This document shows positions 19,470 to 29,026 of a stretch of DNA of 64,000 nt, in pieces; position 1 is the first letter of the stretch; the number at the start of each line of letters is the position of its first letter. Location of the stretch: positions 69 through 64,068 of the forward strand of contig CAMCBT010000005.1 of assembly GCA_945873115.1 (NCBI GenBank), given 5' to 3'. Both the position numbers and the translations under genes were made by a program. The notes beneath the pieces were generated by a model, which did not search any database, was not told where the DNA came from, and was given only the letters and a program-made list of their open reading frames with translations. This DNA comes from an uncultured Mitsuokella sp. Lineage in GTDB: Bacteria; Bacillota; Negativicutes; Selenomonadales; Selenomonadaceae.

Positions 19470-20376
19470 GATACGAGTCTCACTTCCGCAGGAGGACTGC
19501 CCCGTATGCGAAATGAATGCGAAAACATATCTAAGACGGTATGCGGGAGCCTCCACCTCCACCTGGAAGCGCATCAAGCACTCGGGAACCTTCTCTGTCA
19601 ACGGTCTGCCTGCAATTGCTGGACGGACGAAGGTTGTTGATGGCGACATCATCACCTACGACATCACACGCACCTCAAAGCTTCCTGTTGAGCCTCTTCC
19701 CCTTGATATCCGATACGAGGATCCCTATCTCCTTGTTGTCAACAAACCTGCTGGAATGCTCGTACACCCTACACCCAAGGTCTTTCACGGGACGCTTGCC
19801 AGCGGCATCCTCGCCCATTATGAAGCACAGGGCGAGCAGCACGACTTTCACCCCATGCATCGGCTTGACATGGATACCTCCGGTCTCGTCGCCATTGCCA
19901 AGGAGCCAGAGGTGCAGTTCCTATTGACCGGGAAAAATGGTGTAAAGCCTCTTCGAAGAGATTATCTCGGAATCGTCGAGCATGCGCCCGAGAAGCAATC
20001 TGGCTGCATCGACGCACCTATCGCCCGAGAGCTGCCCAGCATCATCAAGCGATGTGTGGATCCCCATGGCCAGGAAGCCCGAACCCACTACAAGACGCTT
20101 TCCCAGGATGCCCATCATGCACTGCTGGAGCTCCGTCTGGATACAGGGCGCACCCATCAGATACGCGTCCATCTGGCCCATCTGGGGCTTCCCCTTTTAG
20201 GAGACAGCCTATACGGCGGAAATATGACAGCCATCAAGAGGCAGGCTCTTCACGCAGCGCACCTGTCCTTTTTTCACCCGATTCTTTCCATCCCCCTTTC
20301 GATTTATGCGCCGCTGCCTCAGGATATGCGCTCCATTCTATCCGATTCCCGCCTGCTTGCAAATAAGCCTCTCTAG
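19462..20376 (+). CDS. RluA-family 23S rRNA pseudouridine synthase (RluD/YlyB-like) with S4 domain
   Basis: HRLDMDTSGLVAIAKE catalytic Asp motif and TGRTHQIRVHLAHLGLPLLGDSLYGG. The start is uncertain (19462 or 19513). Confidence 0.85.
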   Translation: MRRIRVSLPQEDCPVCEMNAKTYLRRYAGASTSTWKRIKHSGTFSVNGLPAIAGRTKVVDGDIITYDITRTSKLPVEPLPLDIRYEDPYLLVVNKPAGMLVHPTPKVFHGTLASGILAHYEAQGEQHDFHPMHRLDMDTSGLVAIAKEPEVQFLLTGKNGVKPLRRDYLGIVEHAPEKQSGCIDAPIARELPSIIKRCVDPHGQEARTHYKTLSQDAHHALLELRLDTGRTHQIRVHLAHLGLPLLGDSLYGGNMTAIKRQALHAAHLSFFHPILSIPLSIYAPLPQDMRSILSDSRLLANKPL

Positions 20377-20417
20377 TTTTCACGCAGTTCCTCTTATGCA
20401 AAAAGAATTTTCAAAAA

Positions 20418-20450
20418 AGGCGATGGCTCCTATACACCATCGCCTTTTTC
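20418..20450 (+). terminator. Rho-independent terminator
   Basis: aggcgatgg / ccatcgcct stem followed by TTTTC. It is followed by the extended -10 TGGTATAAT of fba. Confidence 0.8.
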
Positions 20451-20505
20451 TATGGTATAATGGCTTTAGCCGTATAAACTTCTATATATTTAGGAGGTCA
20501 TTTAT

Positions 20506-21498
20506 ATGCCACTAATTGGTACAAAGGAAATGTTCAAGAAGGCCTATGAGGGCGGCTATGCCATCGGTGCCTTCAACGTCAACAACATGGAAATCGTCCA
20601 GGGCATCACCGAGGCTGCTGCTGAGCTGAACTCCCCTGTTATTCTCCAGGCATCTGCCGGTGCTCGTAAATATGCGAAGGGCCCGTATCTCCGCCATCTC
20701 GTCGAGGCAGCCCTCGAAGTAAACGATATCCCCATCGCTCTGCACCTCGATCACGGCCCGGATTTCGAGACCTGCAAGGCCTGCATCGACGACGGCTTCA
20801 CCTCCGTCATGTTCGATGGCTCCCACTATGAGTTCAAGGAGAACATCAAGCGCACGCAGGAAGTCGTTGCATACGCTCATGAGCACGGCGTTGTCGTCGA
20901 GGCTGAGCTCGGCAAGCTTGCCGGCATCGAGGACGACGTGAAGGTCGCCGCCCATGAGGCTGCCTACACCCAGCCGGAAGAGGTCGAGGAGTTCGTCAAG
21001 GAGACGGGCGTTGACTCCCTCGCTATCGCCATCGGCACGAGCCACGGTGCCTTCAAGTTCAAGCCGGAGCAGTGCACCCGCAACGCGGAAGGCGTCCTCG
21101 TACCGCCTGAGCTTCGTTTCGATATCCTCGCAGAGATCGAAAAGAAGATTCCTGAATTCCCGATTGTCCTCCATGGTGCTTCTTCCGTCATTCCGAAGTA
21201 TGTGAAGATCATCAACGCCAACGGCGGCAAGCTCGACGATGCCATCGGCATTCCGGAGGATCAGCTCCGCCGTGCTGCAAAGTCCGCTGTCTGCAAGATC
21301 AACATCGACTCCGATCTTCGCCTCGCCATGACGGCCGGTATCCGCGAGCACTTCGTCGCACATCCGGATCACTTCGATCCGCGTCAGTATGTGGCCGACG
21401 GCCGTTCCTACATCAAGGAGCTCGTCGAGCACAAGATTAAGGATGTCCTCGGCTCCGATGGCCGCGCGACCGAAATTCTTGCACTTGCCAAGAAGTAA
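20506..21498 (+). CDS. fba: class II fructose-1,6-bisphosphate aldolase
   Basis: GYAIGAFNVNNMEIVQGI...LHLDHG...LAIAIGTSHGAFKF...VLHGASS. Confidence 0.93.
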   Translation: MPLIGTKEMFKKAYEGGYAIGAFNVNNMEIVQGITEAAAELNSPVILQASAGARKYAKGPYLRHLVEAALEVNDIPIALHLDHGPDFETCKACIDDGFTSVMFDGSHYEFKENIKRTQEVVAYAHEHGVVVEAELGKLAGIEDDVKVAAHEAAYTQPEEVEEFVKETGVDSLAIAIGTSHGAFKFKPEQCTRNAEGVLVPPELRFDILAEIEKKIPEFPIVLHGASSVIPKYVKIINANGGKLDDAIGIPEDQLRRAAKSAVCKINIDSDLRLAMTAGIREHFVAHPDHFDPRQYVADGRSYIKELVEHKIKDVLGSDGRATEILALAKK

Positions 21499-21514
21499 AA
21501 ACCATATTCCGGAT

Positions 21515-21545
21515 AAAAAAACAGGGCACACGCCCTGTTTTTTTA
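21515..21545 (+). terminator. Rho-independent terminator
   Basis: acagggc / gccctgt stem flanked by an A-run and a T-run. Confidence 0.8.
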
Positions 21546-21746
21546 TCCAGCTGCAAGCTCACCCATGCTTTTTTCTGAAGATATTTGATGTCAGCAGACA
21601 TGCATATGTCAGGAATGAGAAATCCCACAAGATTTGTGATTGAGCCAAAATATTTATCAGGAAGACTTGCGGCGAAAATGATTTTATGGTATGATAGCGA
21701 TATTGCGTTTAGGAGCGAGGCTCCTATTCATAAGGAGGTGTAATAC

Positions 21747-21938
21747 ATGGCAACTGTTTGTGAAGTATGTGCAAAGGGCGAGCTGTCCGGCAACAATGTC
21801 AGCCATTCTCACTTGAAGACGAAGCGTAAGTGGAAGCCGAACATCCAGCGTGTCCGCGCTGTTGTGAATGGCGAGACGAAACGCATCAATGTCTGCACTC
21901 GCTGCCTGCGTTCCGGCAAGGTTGAGCGTGCCCTCTGA
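21747..21938 (+). CDS. rpmB: 50S ribosomal protein L28
   Basis: MATVCEVCAKGELSGNNVSHSHLKTKRKWKPNIQRVRA... Confidence 0.95.
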   Translation: MATVCEVCAKGELSGNNVSHSHLKTKRKWKPNIQRVRAVVNGETKRINVCTRCLRSGKVERAL

Positions 21939-21966
21939 TAAATTTGCGCAAATGTATCAGAACTAC

Positions 21967-22008
21967 AAAAGACCCGTTGGCTCCCTATGACGCTAGCGGG
22001 TCTTTTGT
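21967..22008. terminator. bidirectional terminator (rpmB and the convergent ndpA-like gene)
   Basis: aaaagacccg...cgggtctttt long stem with an A-run and a T-run. Confidence 0.75.
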
Positions 22009-22020
22009 ATTGCAAATTTT

Positions 22021-23019
22021 TCAGCGGTTGATGATGTTGGAAATATGCTTGAGCGTAATGGAGAGTGTGCCATCCTCATTTGTCACGAACTCCACATACT
22101 CGGTGCTCCCCATGTAGTCTGTCGGTATGGTCAGCTCTATCCCCGTATCCGTCTTGAGCTTATGACGGGATACCTTCTTCATGGTCGCCTCCGGATCCAC
22201 CCGCACCGGCTCCTCAAAGCCGGATTCACGAATCGCCTCATCAAAATCCGCCTGCATGGAGGGATTTTCCTTGAAGATTTCCTTTCCCGCCTCTAGGACA
22301 TCTATCACATCCCCCTCCTCCATATTTTCGGAGATGAAATTCTTGACGGCGGACTCCACCTGGATCTTGTCGACCCCGTAGGCATCCGCGACCTGCTCCG
22401 CCGTCTTGCTCAGGCTCTTCAGCGTCTCCTGTGGCGAGGGTGCAAGGGTCGCCTCCAAAAGGATTTCCGGCAGAATATAGCAAGCATCTCCATCCAAGGC
22501 ATAGCGCTTGCCCTGCACGAGGATATCCCTCGTTTCCATATCGATGAGGGCAAACTCCTCAACGCGCTGGGAGGGCGCAGGCAGCACGGAGGCGGTATTT
22601 ACGATATCTGTCTGGACTCCGGACTCCCCCGTCGTAATCTGATGGGTATAGCCCATGTGATTCGTACACTTGATGATAGCGAGCGTCTTTTTCTCCTCTA
22701 TCCACGCCTCGACAAATATCAAGTCAAGGGTGCCTGCCACATCTGCATGCAGGAGCGCATCCTCCAGAGCTTTTCCCGCCTCCTTGGAAAATGCAATGAA
22801 GTCCAGTTCCCCTTCCGAAAGGGAATCCAGCCAGGCAGCAAAGCGGCTGCCCTCCACAAAGCGGCCGGGCTTGGCACTCTGGCTTTTGCATGCTTTATCC
22901 ATATGCTTTTCGAGAAACTCATAGCAGCCTGTCGTTTCCGGCAAAAGGGCATCCGAATAGGCCGCAGAGCCCGAGGAAAAATCGAGTATGTGCAGGATTG
23001 CCTTTTCTATGCGAATCAT
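22021..23019 (-). CDS. nucleoid-associated protein, NdpA/YejK-like (NA37 family)
   Basis: The N-terminus MIRIEKAILHILDFSSG and the overall layout resemble the Firmicutes NA37-type proteins as I remember them. This is by-eye recognition only. Confidence 0.6.
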   Translation of the reverse strand: MIRIEKAILHILDFSSGSAAYSDALLPETTGCYEFLEKHMDKACKSQSAKPGRFVEGSRFAAWLDSLSEGELDFIAFSKEAGKALEDALLHADVAGTLDLIFVEAWIEEKKTLAIIKCTNHMGYTHQITTGESGVQTDIVNTASVLPAPSQRVEEFALIDMETRDILVQGKRYALDGDACYILPEILLEATLAPSPQETLKSLSKTAEQVADAYGVDKIQVESAVKNFISENMEEGDVIDVLEAGKEIFKENPSMQADFDEAIRESGFEEPVRVDPEATMKKVSRHKLKTDTGIELTIPTDYMGSTEYVEFVTNEDGTLSITLKHISNIINR

Positions 23020-23022
23020 TTT

Positions 23023-23715
23023 CTACTCCTTCTTCTGTGCGTTTGCACGCATTCGGACCTCGTGAAGCCGCGCCTCCAAATCGCGCTGAAGGCGTGCTTC
23101 CAGCTCACCGAGCTCCGTCGCATCAAAGTCATAGCTCACATCGGGGATGCTTCGGATGCGGGCCTCCCCGAAGAATTCATCCCGATAGAGATTGTAGTAT
23201 ATCGTGACACTGCTTTCGATGGAAAAGTCCACATAATCCAGAATAATAAAGGAGCCATTGTTGATTTTCACCGGCTCCTGGGGACGGATAAAGAGCGTGA
23301 AGCCCTCCAGCTCCTCCGGAAGATCCTTTGCAGCCTCCCAGGAGGTGACTTTTTTCTGCCGCAAAATCGTTCCCAGGCTCTTCTCGTCAAAGACCGTGAG
23401 GCTATGGAGATAATCGCCAAGCCGCTCTTCCGTGTGGGCACGGAAGACCTCCACGTCCTCCGAAATATAGGCAATATTGCAAAACTCGATCAAGCCTATC
23501 TTCACCCGCAGCTTATATTCGTGGGTTTCCTCATGATAGTAGGCGGTGACACTCCTATGAAGAGGCTCATTTCGATAGGAGAAAATATCATAGCAATCCT
23601 CCACCTCCTGCTCCAGCCTCTCCAGAAGGAAGCCGTGCAGCACCTGGGGCATAGCCTCCATATCCGGCCAGGAGGAAAGCTCCTGTTTTATCTTTTCCAG
23701 CGTTTCTGCTTTCAT
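23023..23715 (-). CDS. hypothetical protein (230 aa, acidic, no family recognised)
   Basis: ORF with AGGGGGA RBS before the ATG at 23715. It lies 19 nt downstream of the ecfT stop and 3 nt upstream of the ndpA-like start. Confidence 0.6.
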   Translation of the reverse strand: MKAETLEKIKQELSSWPDMEAMPQVLHGFLLERLEQEVEDCYDIFSYRNEPLHRSVTAYYHEETHEYKLRVKIGLIEFCNIAYISEDVEVFRAHTEERLGDYLHSLTVFDEKSLGTILRQKKVTSWEAAKDLPEELEGFTLFIRPQEPVKINNGSFIILDYVDFSIESSVTIYYNLYRDEFFGEARIRSIPDVSYDFDATELGELEARLQRDLEARLHEVRMRANAQKKE

Positions 23716-23734
23716 AGTGTCCCCCTGCCTGACC

Positions 23735-24562
23735 TCAGCCCCACAAGACGCCACCAAGCTGTCCTGAGGAAATGGTCAGGATGATAAGAAACAAAGCCGT
23801 AAAGACAAAGGCCAACCCATCGAGCCGATGAAAAGATAGCGCCTTCATCTGCGTGCGCCCTTCCCCTCCATGGTAGCAGCGGGCCTCCATGGCAAGGGCC
23901 AGATCATCGGCACGGCGAAAGGCAGAGAGAAAAAGCGGGACGAGTACAGGGATAACAGCTCGGATTCTCGCCATGAGGCTGCCCTCTGAAAAATCAGCGC
24001 CACGGGACTCCTGTGCCTTCATGATTCGATCCGTCTCCTCGATGAGGGTGGGCACAAAGCGCAGGGCGATGGTCATCATCATCGCCAGCTCGTGGGCAGG
24101 CACGCCGAAGCGCTTCAGCGGCGATAGCAAGGCCTCCATGGCATCTGTGAGCTTCAAAGGGCTTGTGGTAAAGGTCAAAAGAGATGCCAGCACAATGAGA
24201 AGAATCAGACGAAGAGAGATGAAGGCTCCCCGCTCGATGCCCTCAAGGGTTGCGTCAAAGCGCCAAAGGTGAAGGAGACTTTCCCCGGGTGTGCTGAAGA
24301 CATGGATGAAAAAAGTAAAGAGCAAAATCCAAAGAAGCGGCTTGAGCGAGCGAAGGATCATGCCAAAGGGCACCTTGGAAGCAAAGACGAGAGCCAGGGT
24401 AAATACGGTAAGGGCAGTATATACACCGAAGGTATGGAATACGAATATCGCCACCATGAGGAAAATCAGTGCTATGAGTTTTGTCCGCGGATCCAGTCGA
24501 TGCAAAAAAGTATCTCCTGGAAAGAACTGCCCGATGGTAATGTCAGATAGCATCTCCATCAC
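23735..24562 (-). CDS. ecfT: ECF transporter transmembrane (T) component
   Basis: FLHRLDPRTKLI... polytopic protein with the ARG/ALA coupling-helix text ALRFVPTL...EARC. Its start overlaps the ecfA2 stop. Confidence 0.88.
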   Translation of the reverse strand: MMEMLSDITIGQFFPGDTFLHRLDPRTKLIALIFLMVAIFVFHTFGVYTALTVFTLALVFASKVPFGMILRSLKPLLWILLFTFFIHVFSTPGESLLHLWRFDATLEGIERGAFISLRLILLIVLASLLTFTTSPLKLTDAMEALLSPLKRFGVPAHELAMMMTIALRFVPTLIEETDRIMKAQESRGADFSEGSLMARIRAVIPVLVPLFLSAFRRADDLALAMEARCYHGGEGRTQMKALSFHRLDGLAFVFTALFLIILTISSGQLGGVLWG

Positions 24563-25428
24563 CTCCCCTGGCGATAAAGCCGAAGAATACTCGATACAAT
24601 GTCCTCTTCCAGCATTGCGTGCGCCGGTATATCAAAGCCAGCCTGACGAAGCTCATCTGCCAGCTTGAAGGCCTCAGGAGGCTGAAGCCCCGCCTCCTCC
24701 AAAATGCGGCTATCCTGAAATACCTCCTGAGGCGGCGCATAGGCAAGAAGCTTCCCATGAGCGAGAACCAAGACCCTGTCAGCCAGACGAACAATATCGT
24801 CCATATTGTGGGAGACAAAGATAATCGTCACATGCTCCTCTCGATGGAGGCGTGTGATGGTCTCCGTAAGCTTCCTTCTCCCTCGGGGGTCAAGTCCTGC
24901 GGTAGGCTCATCCAGGACGAGATATTTGGGGCGGAGCGCCAGCACCCCCGCAATGGCCACCCGACGCATCTGCCCGCCGCTCAGGGCAAAGGGAGATACG
25001 TCCTTGAAGGCTTTATAATCAAGGTGCATAAGCTCCATGGCCGACTGCACCCGCTCCTCTATTTCTTCCTCCGAAAGACCAAGATTCCTAGGCCCAAAGG
25101 CGATATCCTTTTCCACCGTCTCCTCAAAAAGCTGCTGCTCCGGATATTGGAAAACCATGCCCACCTGCCGGGCCGCCGCCTTCGCCCTTCGACGCTCCGC
25201 CTTTCCCTTTCCCTGAAGATTGACCTCATCCATCAGGACTTGCCCGGACGTAGGATGGATGAGACCATTGAGATGCTGCAGAAGCGTGGATTTCCCAGAG
25301 CCGGTATGACCGGCGATGGCCGTAAAGCTCCCCTCCTGGATTACAGCACTTATCCCTGATAGCGCCTGCCGCTCCAGAGGTGTGTTTGCCATATAGGTAT
25401 AGCTGACATCCTGCAATACAATTGCCAT
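24559..25428 (-). CDS. ecfA2: ECF transporter ATPase component A2
   Basis: Walker A GHTGSGKST, signature LSGGQMRRVAIAG, Walker B LVLDEPTAGLD. Confidence 0.9.
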   Translation of the reverse strand: MAIVLQDVSYTYMANTPLERQALSGISAVIQEGSFTAIAGHTGSGKSTLLQHLNGLIHPTSGQVLMDEVNLQGKGKAERRRAKAAARQVGMVFQYPEQQLFEETVEKDIAFGPRNLGLSEEEIEERVQSAMELMHLDYKAFKDVSPFALSGGQMRRVAIAGVLALRPKYLVLDEPTAGLDPRGRRKLTETITRLHREEHVTIIFVSHNMDDIVRLADRVLVLAHGKLLAYAPPQEVFQDSRILEEAGLQPPEAFKLADELRQAGFDIPAHAMLEEDIVSSILRLYRQGR

Positions 25429-25442
25429 GGAATCCCCCCCCC

Positions 25443-26288
25443 TTATTGCGCCTGCTGAAGCTGGCGAAGCTCAGCTCTCAGCTCCTCCTTTGTCAATATC
25501 GTATTAGGCAAAGGGATTCCCTGCTGTATAAGCTTTTCTGCTACCCGGGAGGCAAGCGGAAGCTCCAGTCCAATTTCCTCCAGCTCCTTCCCCCGTGAGA
25601 AAATATCTCTCGGTGTCCCAGAGGCAAATATTTCTCCTTTGTCAAGGACAAGGATGCGATCCGCCTCCACAGCCTCCTCCATAAAATGGGTAATCAGGAG
25701 GATGGTGATGTGATTCTCCCGATGGAGGCGAAGTATGGTCTCCATGACCTCCTGCCGTCCCCGTGGATCCAGCATGGCCGTTGCCTCATCCAGCACGAGG
25801 CATTTCGTCTGCATGGCCAGGGCCCCTGCAATGGCGACGCGCTGCTTTTGCCCCCCCGAAAGAAGATGGGGTGCAAAGGAGCGGAAGTGGGTCATCCCTA
25901 CTGTTTCCAGTGCCTCATGTACGTTTTTGCGGATGCGACCCGGCTCCATCCCGATATTTTCCGGCCCGAAGGCCACATCATCCTCCACCACCGCCGCAAT
26001 AATCTGGTTATCCGGATTCTGAAAGACCATGCCCACCTCCCGGCGGATGTTCCAGATATTTTCTGTCTCCTGTGTATCCATGCTATCTACGAGGACATGA
26101 CCAGAGGAGGGGAGGAGGAGTCCATTGATATGGCGGGCAAGGGTCGACTTTCCCGAGCCGTTTGTCCCCAATATGGCGATGAACTCCCCCTCCTCGATGG
26201 AAAAGGAAACCTCCGACAGGGCACGATGCTCCTGCTCCTCTCCCGCATGGTAGATGTGCGAAACATTTTGAATCGTGATAAAGGACAT
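25443..26288 (-). CDS. ecfA1: ECF transporter ATPase component A1
   Basis: Walker A GTNGSGKST, signature LSGGQKQRVAIAG, Walker B LVLDEATAMLD. It is the first gene of the ecf module. Confidence 0.9.
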   Translation of the reverse strand: MSFITIQNVSHIYHAGEEQEHRALSEVSFSIEEGEFIAILGTNGSGKSTLARHINGLLLPSSGHVLVDSMDTQETENIWNIRREVGMVFQNPDNQIIAAVVEDDVAFGPENIGMEPGRIRKNVHEALETVGMTHFRSFAPHLLSGGQKQRVAIAGALAMQTKCLVLDEATAMLDPRGRQEVMETILRLHRENHITILLITHFMEEAVEADRILVLDKGEIFASGTPRDIFSRGKELEEIGLELPLASRVAEKLIQQGIPLPNTILTKEELRAELRQLQQAQ

Positions 26289-26318
26289 ACGCTGCTCCCA
26301 ATCCCTCTCCCAAAGCTC

Positions 26319-27137
26319 TCAGAGGATTTTTACCCCATACCGTACCTTGCTGTACCGGCCGCCCATGAGGCAATCGAACCCCAAACGAGAAAATTCCCCG
26401 CTCTTGGCACTTTCCTTCATGACCACGCGCCTTCTTGCCACTCGGCAGGCTTCCCGAATGGTTTCCTCTGTCAGTGCTCGCATGTCTGCAAAGGCCCGAA
26501 GGGGCTCCAATGCCCTGCTCTCATGAAAGGGGTGACGGAACATGGGATCAAAGTAGACCACATCGAAGGAGTCCTCTGGCTGCTTTTGCAGGAAGGAAAG
26601 CGCATCGGCATAATGCGTCTCTACTCCCCTCATGGCCTCCTGTATCGGCCAGTTCTCCGCCTTGAAATGGGAAAGCCCGTAGCCGATTACAGCTTCGATG
26701 AAGGGATTTGACTCCAGTGCCACCACTCTTCCCGTCGGGCCCACGGCAAAGCTCTCCACAATGGCATCGGAGGCAAGGCCCAGGGTGCAGTCGAGGACAC
26801 TCATGCCAGGCGCAAGGTCCATAGCTTCCACCATGCGGTCGCCTGCTCCTGCACTGCCAAAGCGGAGATTTTTCATCCGGAGATGGGCCATATTCGGATG
26901 GAAGAAAAGCTCTCCCGCCTCCGTCTGAAGCATGAGGCCGCCCTTTTTCGCCACGATGAGTAAATCCGCTCCCGTCCGGGCACGAAGCTCAGAGGCGGAC
27001 TCTGTTTTGCGCTTCACATAGGGAATCTTTAGATGCCTTGCTGCCCAAAGGGCCGCCCGCTCCCGCTCTTCTGACCATTTGCGCCCCGTAGTGGCAATGG
27101 CATAGCTTTCTTTCTCTGCCAATCCTATACACCTCAA
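26319..27137 (-). CDS. class I SAM-dependent methyltransferase, RsmJ-like (DUF548-type)
   Basis: VLDCTLGLASDAIV...VVYFDPMF resembles the RsmJ-family SAM-binding and catalytic text. It overlaps the mutL stop by 4 nt. Confidence 0.65.
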   Translation of the reverse strand: MRCIGLAEKESYAIATTGRKWSEERERAALWAARHLKIPYVKRKTESASELRARTGADLLIVAKKGGLMLQTEAGELFFHPNMAHLRMKNLRFGSAGAGDRMVEAMDLAPGMSVLDCTLGLASDAIVESFAVGPTGRVVALESNPFIEAVIGYGLSHFKAENWPIQEAMRGVETHYADALSFLQKQPEDSFDVVYFDPMFRHPFHESRALEPLRAFADMRALTEETIREACRVARRRVVMKESAKSGEFSRLGFDCLMGGRYSKVRYGVKIL

Positions 27138-29026
27138 AAGCCAAAGCCCGTGCGCTTGAACATCTTTGCCAGTTCCCCTGTGCTGAACTTCAATATGGTT
27201 GGCCTGCCATGGGGACAGGTATAGGGGAAATCCGTGTGCGTGAGATCCTCCAGGAGTATCTGCATCTGCCTAAAATTGAGCTCCTGTCCCGCCTTAATGG
27301 CCGCACGGCAGGCCGTGGTGGCGATACACTGCTGACGGATATCCTTTGGCGAAATTCGTGTATGCGCCTCCAGCCCCACAAGAATCTCCCGTATGGAGTC
27401 CTCTGCCTCCGTCACCGGGATATCGGCAGGCACCTCCATGAGGCGATACTCCGTATCGCCCACCGCCTCCATGGTAAAGCCCATATGGGAAAAGAGCTCC
27501 TTATGCTCCTCGACAATGCGGCTCTCCCGTCCGTCGAAGGGCAGAAGAAGATGAACGAGAAGCTGCTGGGCAGGAATAGCCTCCGCCCGACTGGAGAATT
27601 TGTCAAAGAGGATGCGCTCATGGGCCGCGTGCTGATCCACAATATAGAGGCCCGTCCTGTCCTGGGCGATGATATAGGTGAGGTCTACCTGGCCTATGGG
27701 CAAGATGCCCCCCTCATAGGAAAGGGCCTCCCCCGCAGGCTCCTCTGTCTCCATCGACTCGGCGACGAAATCCATCCGGCCTGTCTCAAAGCCCTCTGGG
27801 TGCTCCTTCTCCTGCTGCAGGGGAGAAGCTTCTCGAAAGGAATACGCAGGTGCTGGGGCCCCAAAGAGATGTGTCATATACTCCTCTGAGGCAGACGAAA
27901 AGGAAGCCTGTGCAAGGTGTGGCTGGGAAGATACAGCCTCCTCCGCCAGAGGAATAGAGGCTGGGACAAACTCCATCGCCGTCTGGGCAAAGCGCTCCGG
28001 CCGCTCCACCTGGGCCGCCATCTCCCCCAGCCCCTGTCCCTGAGGCCGGACAGCATCGATAACCGCCTTGTAGACTCCCTTGAACACGCGGCTCTCATCC
28101 TCGAATTTCATTTCGGTCTTTTGCGGATGGACATTCACATCGATGGTGCGCTGGGGCACCTCGATAAAGAGCACAGCAAAGGGATAGCCGCTCTTCGGTA
28201 TCAGAGACTTATAGGCATTGTCAAGTGCCTTGGAAAGAGCGCGGCTTTGCACTGTGCGGCCATTGACGATAAAGGTCTGCCAAGAACGGCTCCCCTTGAG
28301 CATGGAGGGCTTTGTGATAAAGCCCGTAATCTTGAGCTCCTCCGCCTCAAAGTGAAGGGCAAGTAGCGCATTTGCCGTAAGCTTTCCATAGAGTGCCTCA
28401 ATGGTATCGTAGAGATTTCCATTTCCCGGCGTCACGATGGAGAGCTTGTTGTTGCTGATGTAGCGAAAGGCAATATCCGGACGGGAAAGAGCAAGTTTCG
28501 TCAGAAAATCGCTGATTTTGAGCCCTTCCGTATGGGTGGTTTTCAAAAATTTCTTCCGAGCTGGCGTATTAAAGAAAAGATCCTCCACTTGAATCGTGGT
28601 GCCTATGGCGCAGCCCGTCTCACGGATCTCGGTATCCTTGCCCCCCGTAATGGAAACCCGTGTTCCGAGGTCCATGTCCTTTGGCCGGGTCTGAAGCAGG
28701 AAGCGGGAGACAGAGGCGATGGTGGGAAGCGCCTCCCCTCGAAAACCAAGGGTGGAGATATCCTCCAGATCCCGAGCCTCCCGTATCTTGCTGGTAGCAT
28801 GACGCTGAATCGCGAGCTGCGCATCCTCCTCCGTCATGCCCTTTCCATCATCCGTCACCCGCATGAAGCTGGTACCGCCAGCCATGGTCTCCACCTCGAT
28901 TTTGGTAGCACCGGCATCCATGGAGTTTTCCACCAGCTCCTTTATGACAGAGGCCGGCCGCTCCACCACCTCGCCGGCAGCGATCTTGTTGATGGTGGTG
29001 TCGTCCAGCACATGAATCGTCGTCAC
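27134..29026 (-). CDS. mutL: DNA mismatch repair protein MutL (endonuclease-type)
   Basis: GHKL ATPase N-terminus INKIAAGEVVERPASVIKELVENS. The C-terminal endonuclease motif DQHAAHERILFDKF is present. Confidence 0.95.
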   Translation of the reverse strand: MTTIHVLDDTTINKIAAGEVVERPASVIKELVENSMDAGATKIEVETMAGGTSFMRVTDDGKGMTEEDAQLAIQRHATSKIREARDLEDISTLGFRGEALPTIASVSRFLLQTRPKDMDLGTRVSITGGKDTEIRETGCAIGTTIQVEDLFFNTPARKKFLKTTHTEGLKISDFLTKLALSRPDIAFRYISNNKLSIVTPGNGNLYDTIEALYGKLTANALLALHFEAEELKITGFITKPSMLKGSRSWQTFIVNGRTVQSRALSKALDNAYKSLIPKSGYPFAVLFIEVPQRTIDVNVHPQKTEMKFEDESRVFKGVYKAVIDAVRPQGQGLGEMAAQVERPERFAQTAMEFVPASIPLAEEAVSSQPHLAQASFSSASEEYMTHLFGAPAPAYSFREASPLQQEKEHPEGFETGRMDFVAESMETEEPAGEALSYEGGILPIGQVDLTYIIAQDRTGLYIVDQHAAHERILFDKFSSRAEAIPAQQLLVHLLLPFDGRESRIVEEHKELFSHMGFTMEAVGDTEYRLMEVPADIPVTEAEDSIREILVGLEAHTRISPKDIRQQCIATTACRAAIKAGQELNFRQMQILLEDLTHTDFPYTCPHGRPTILKFSTGELAKMFKRTGFGF

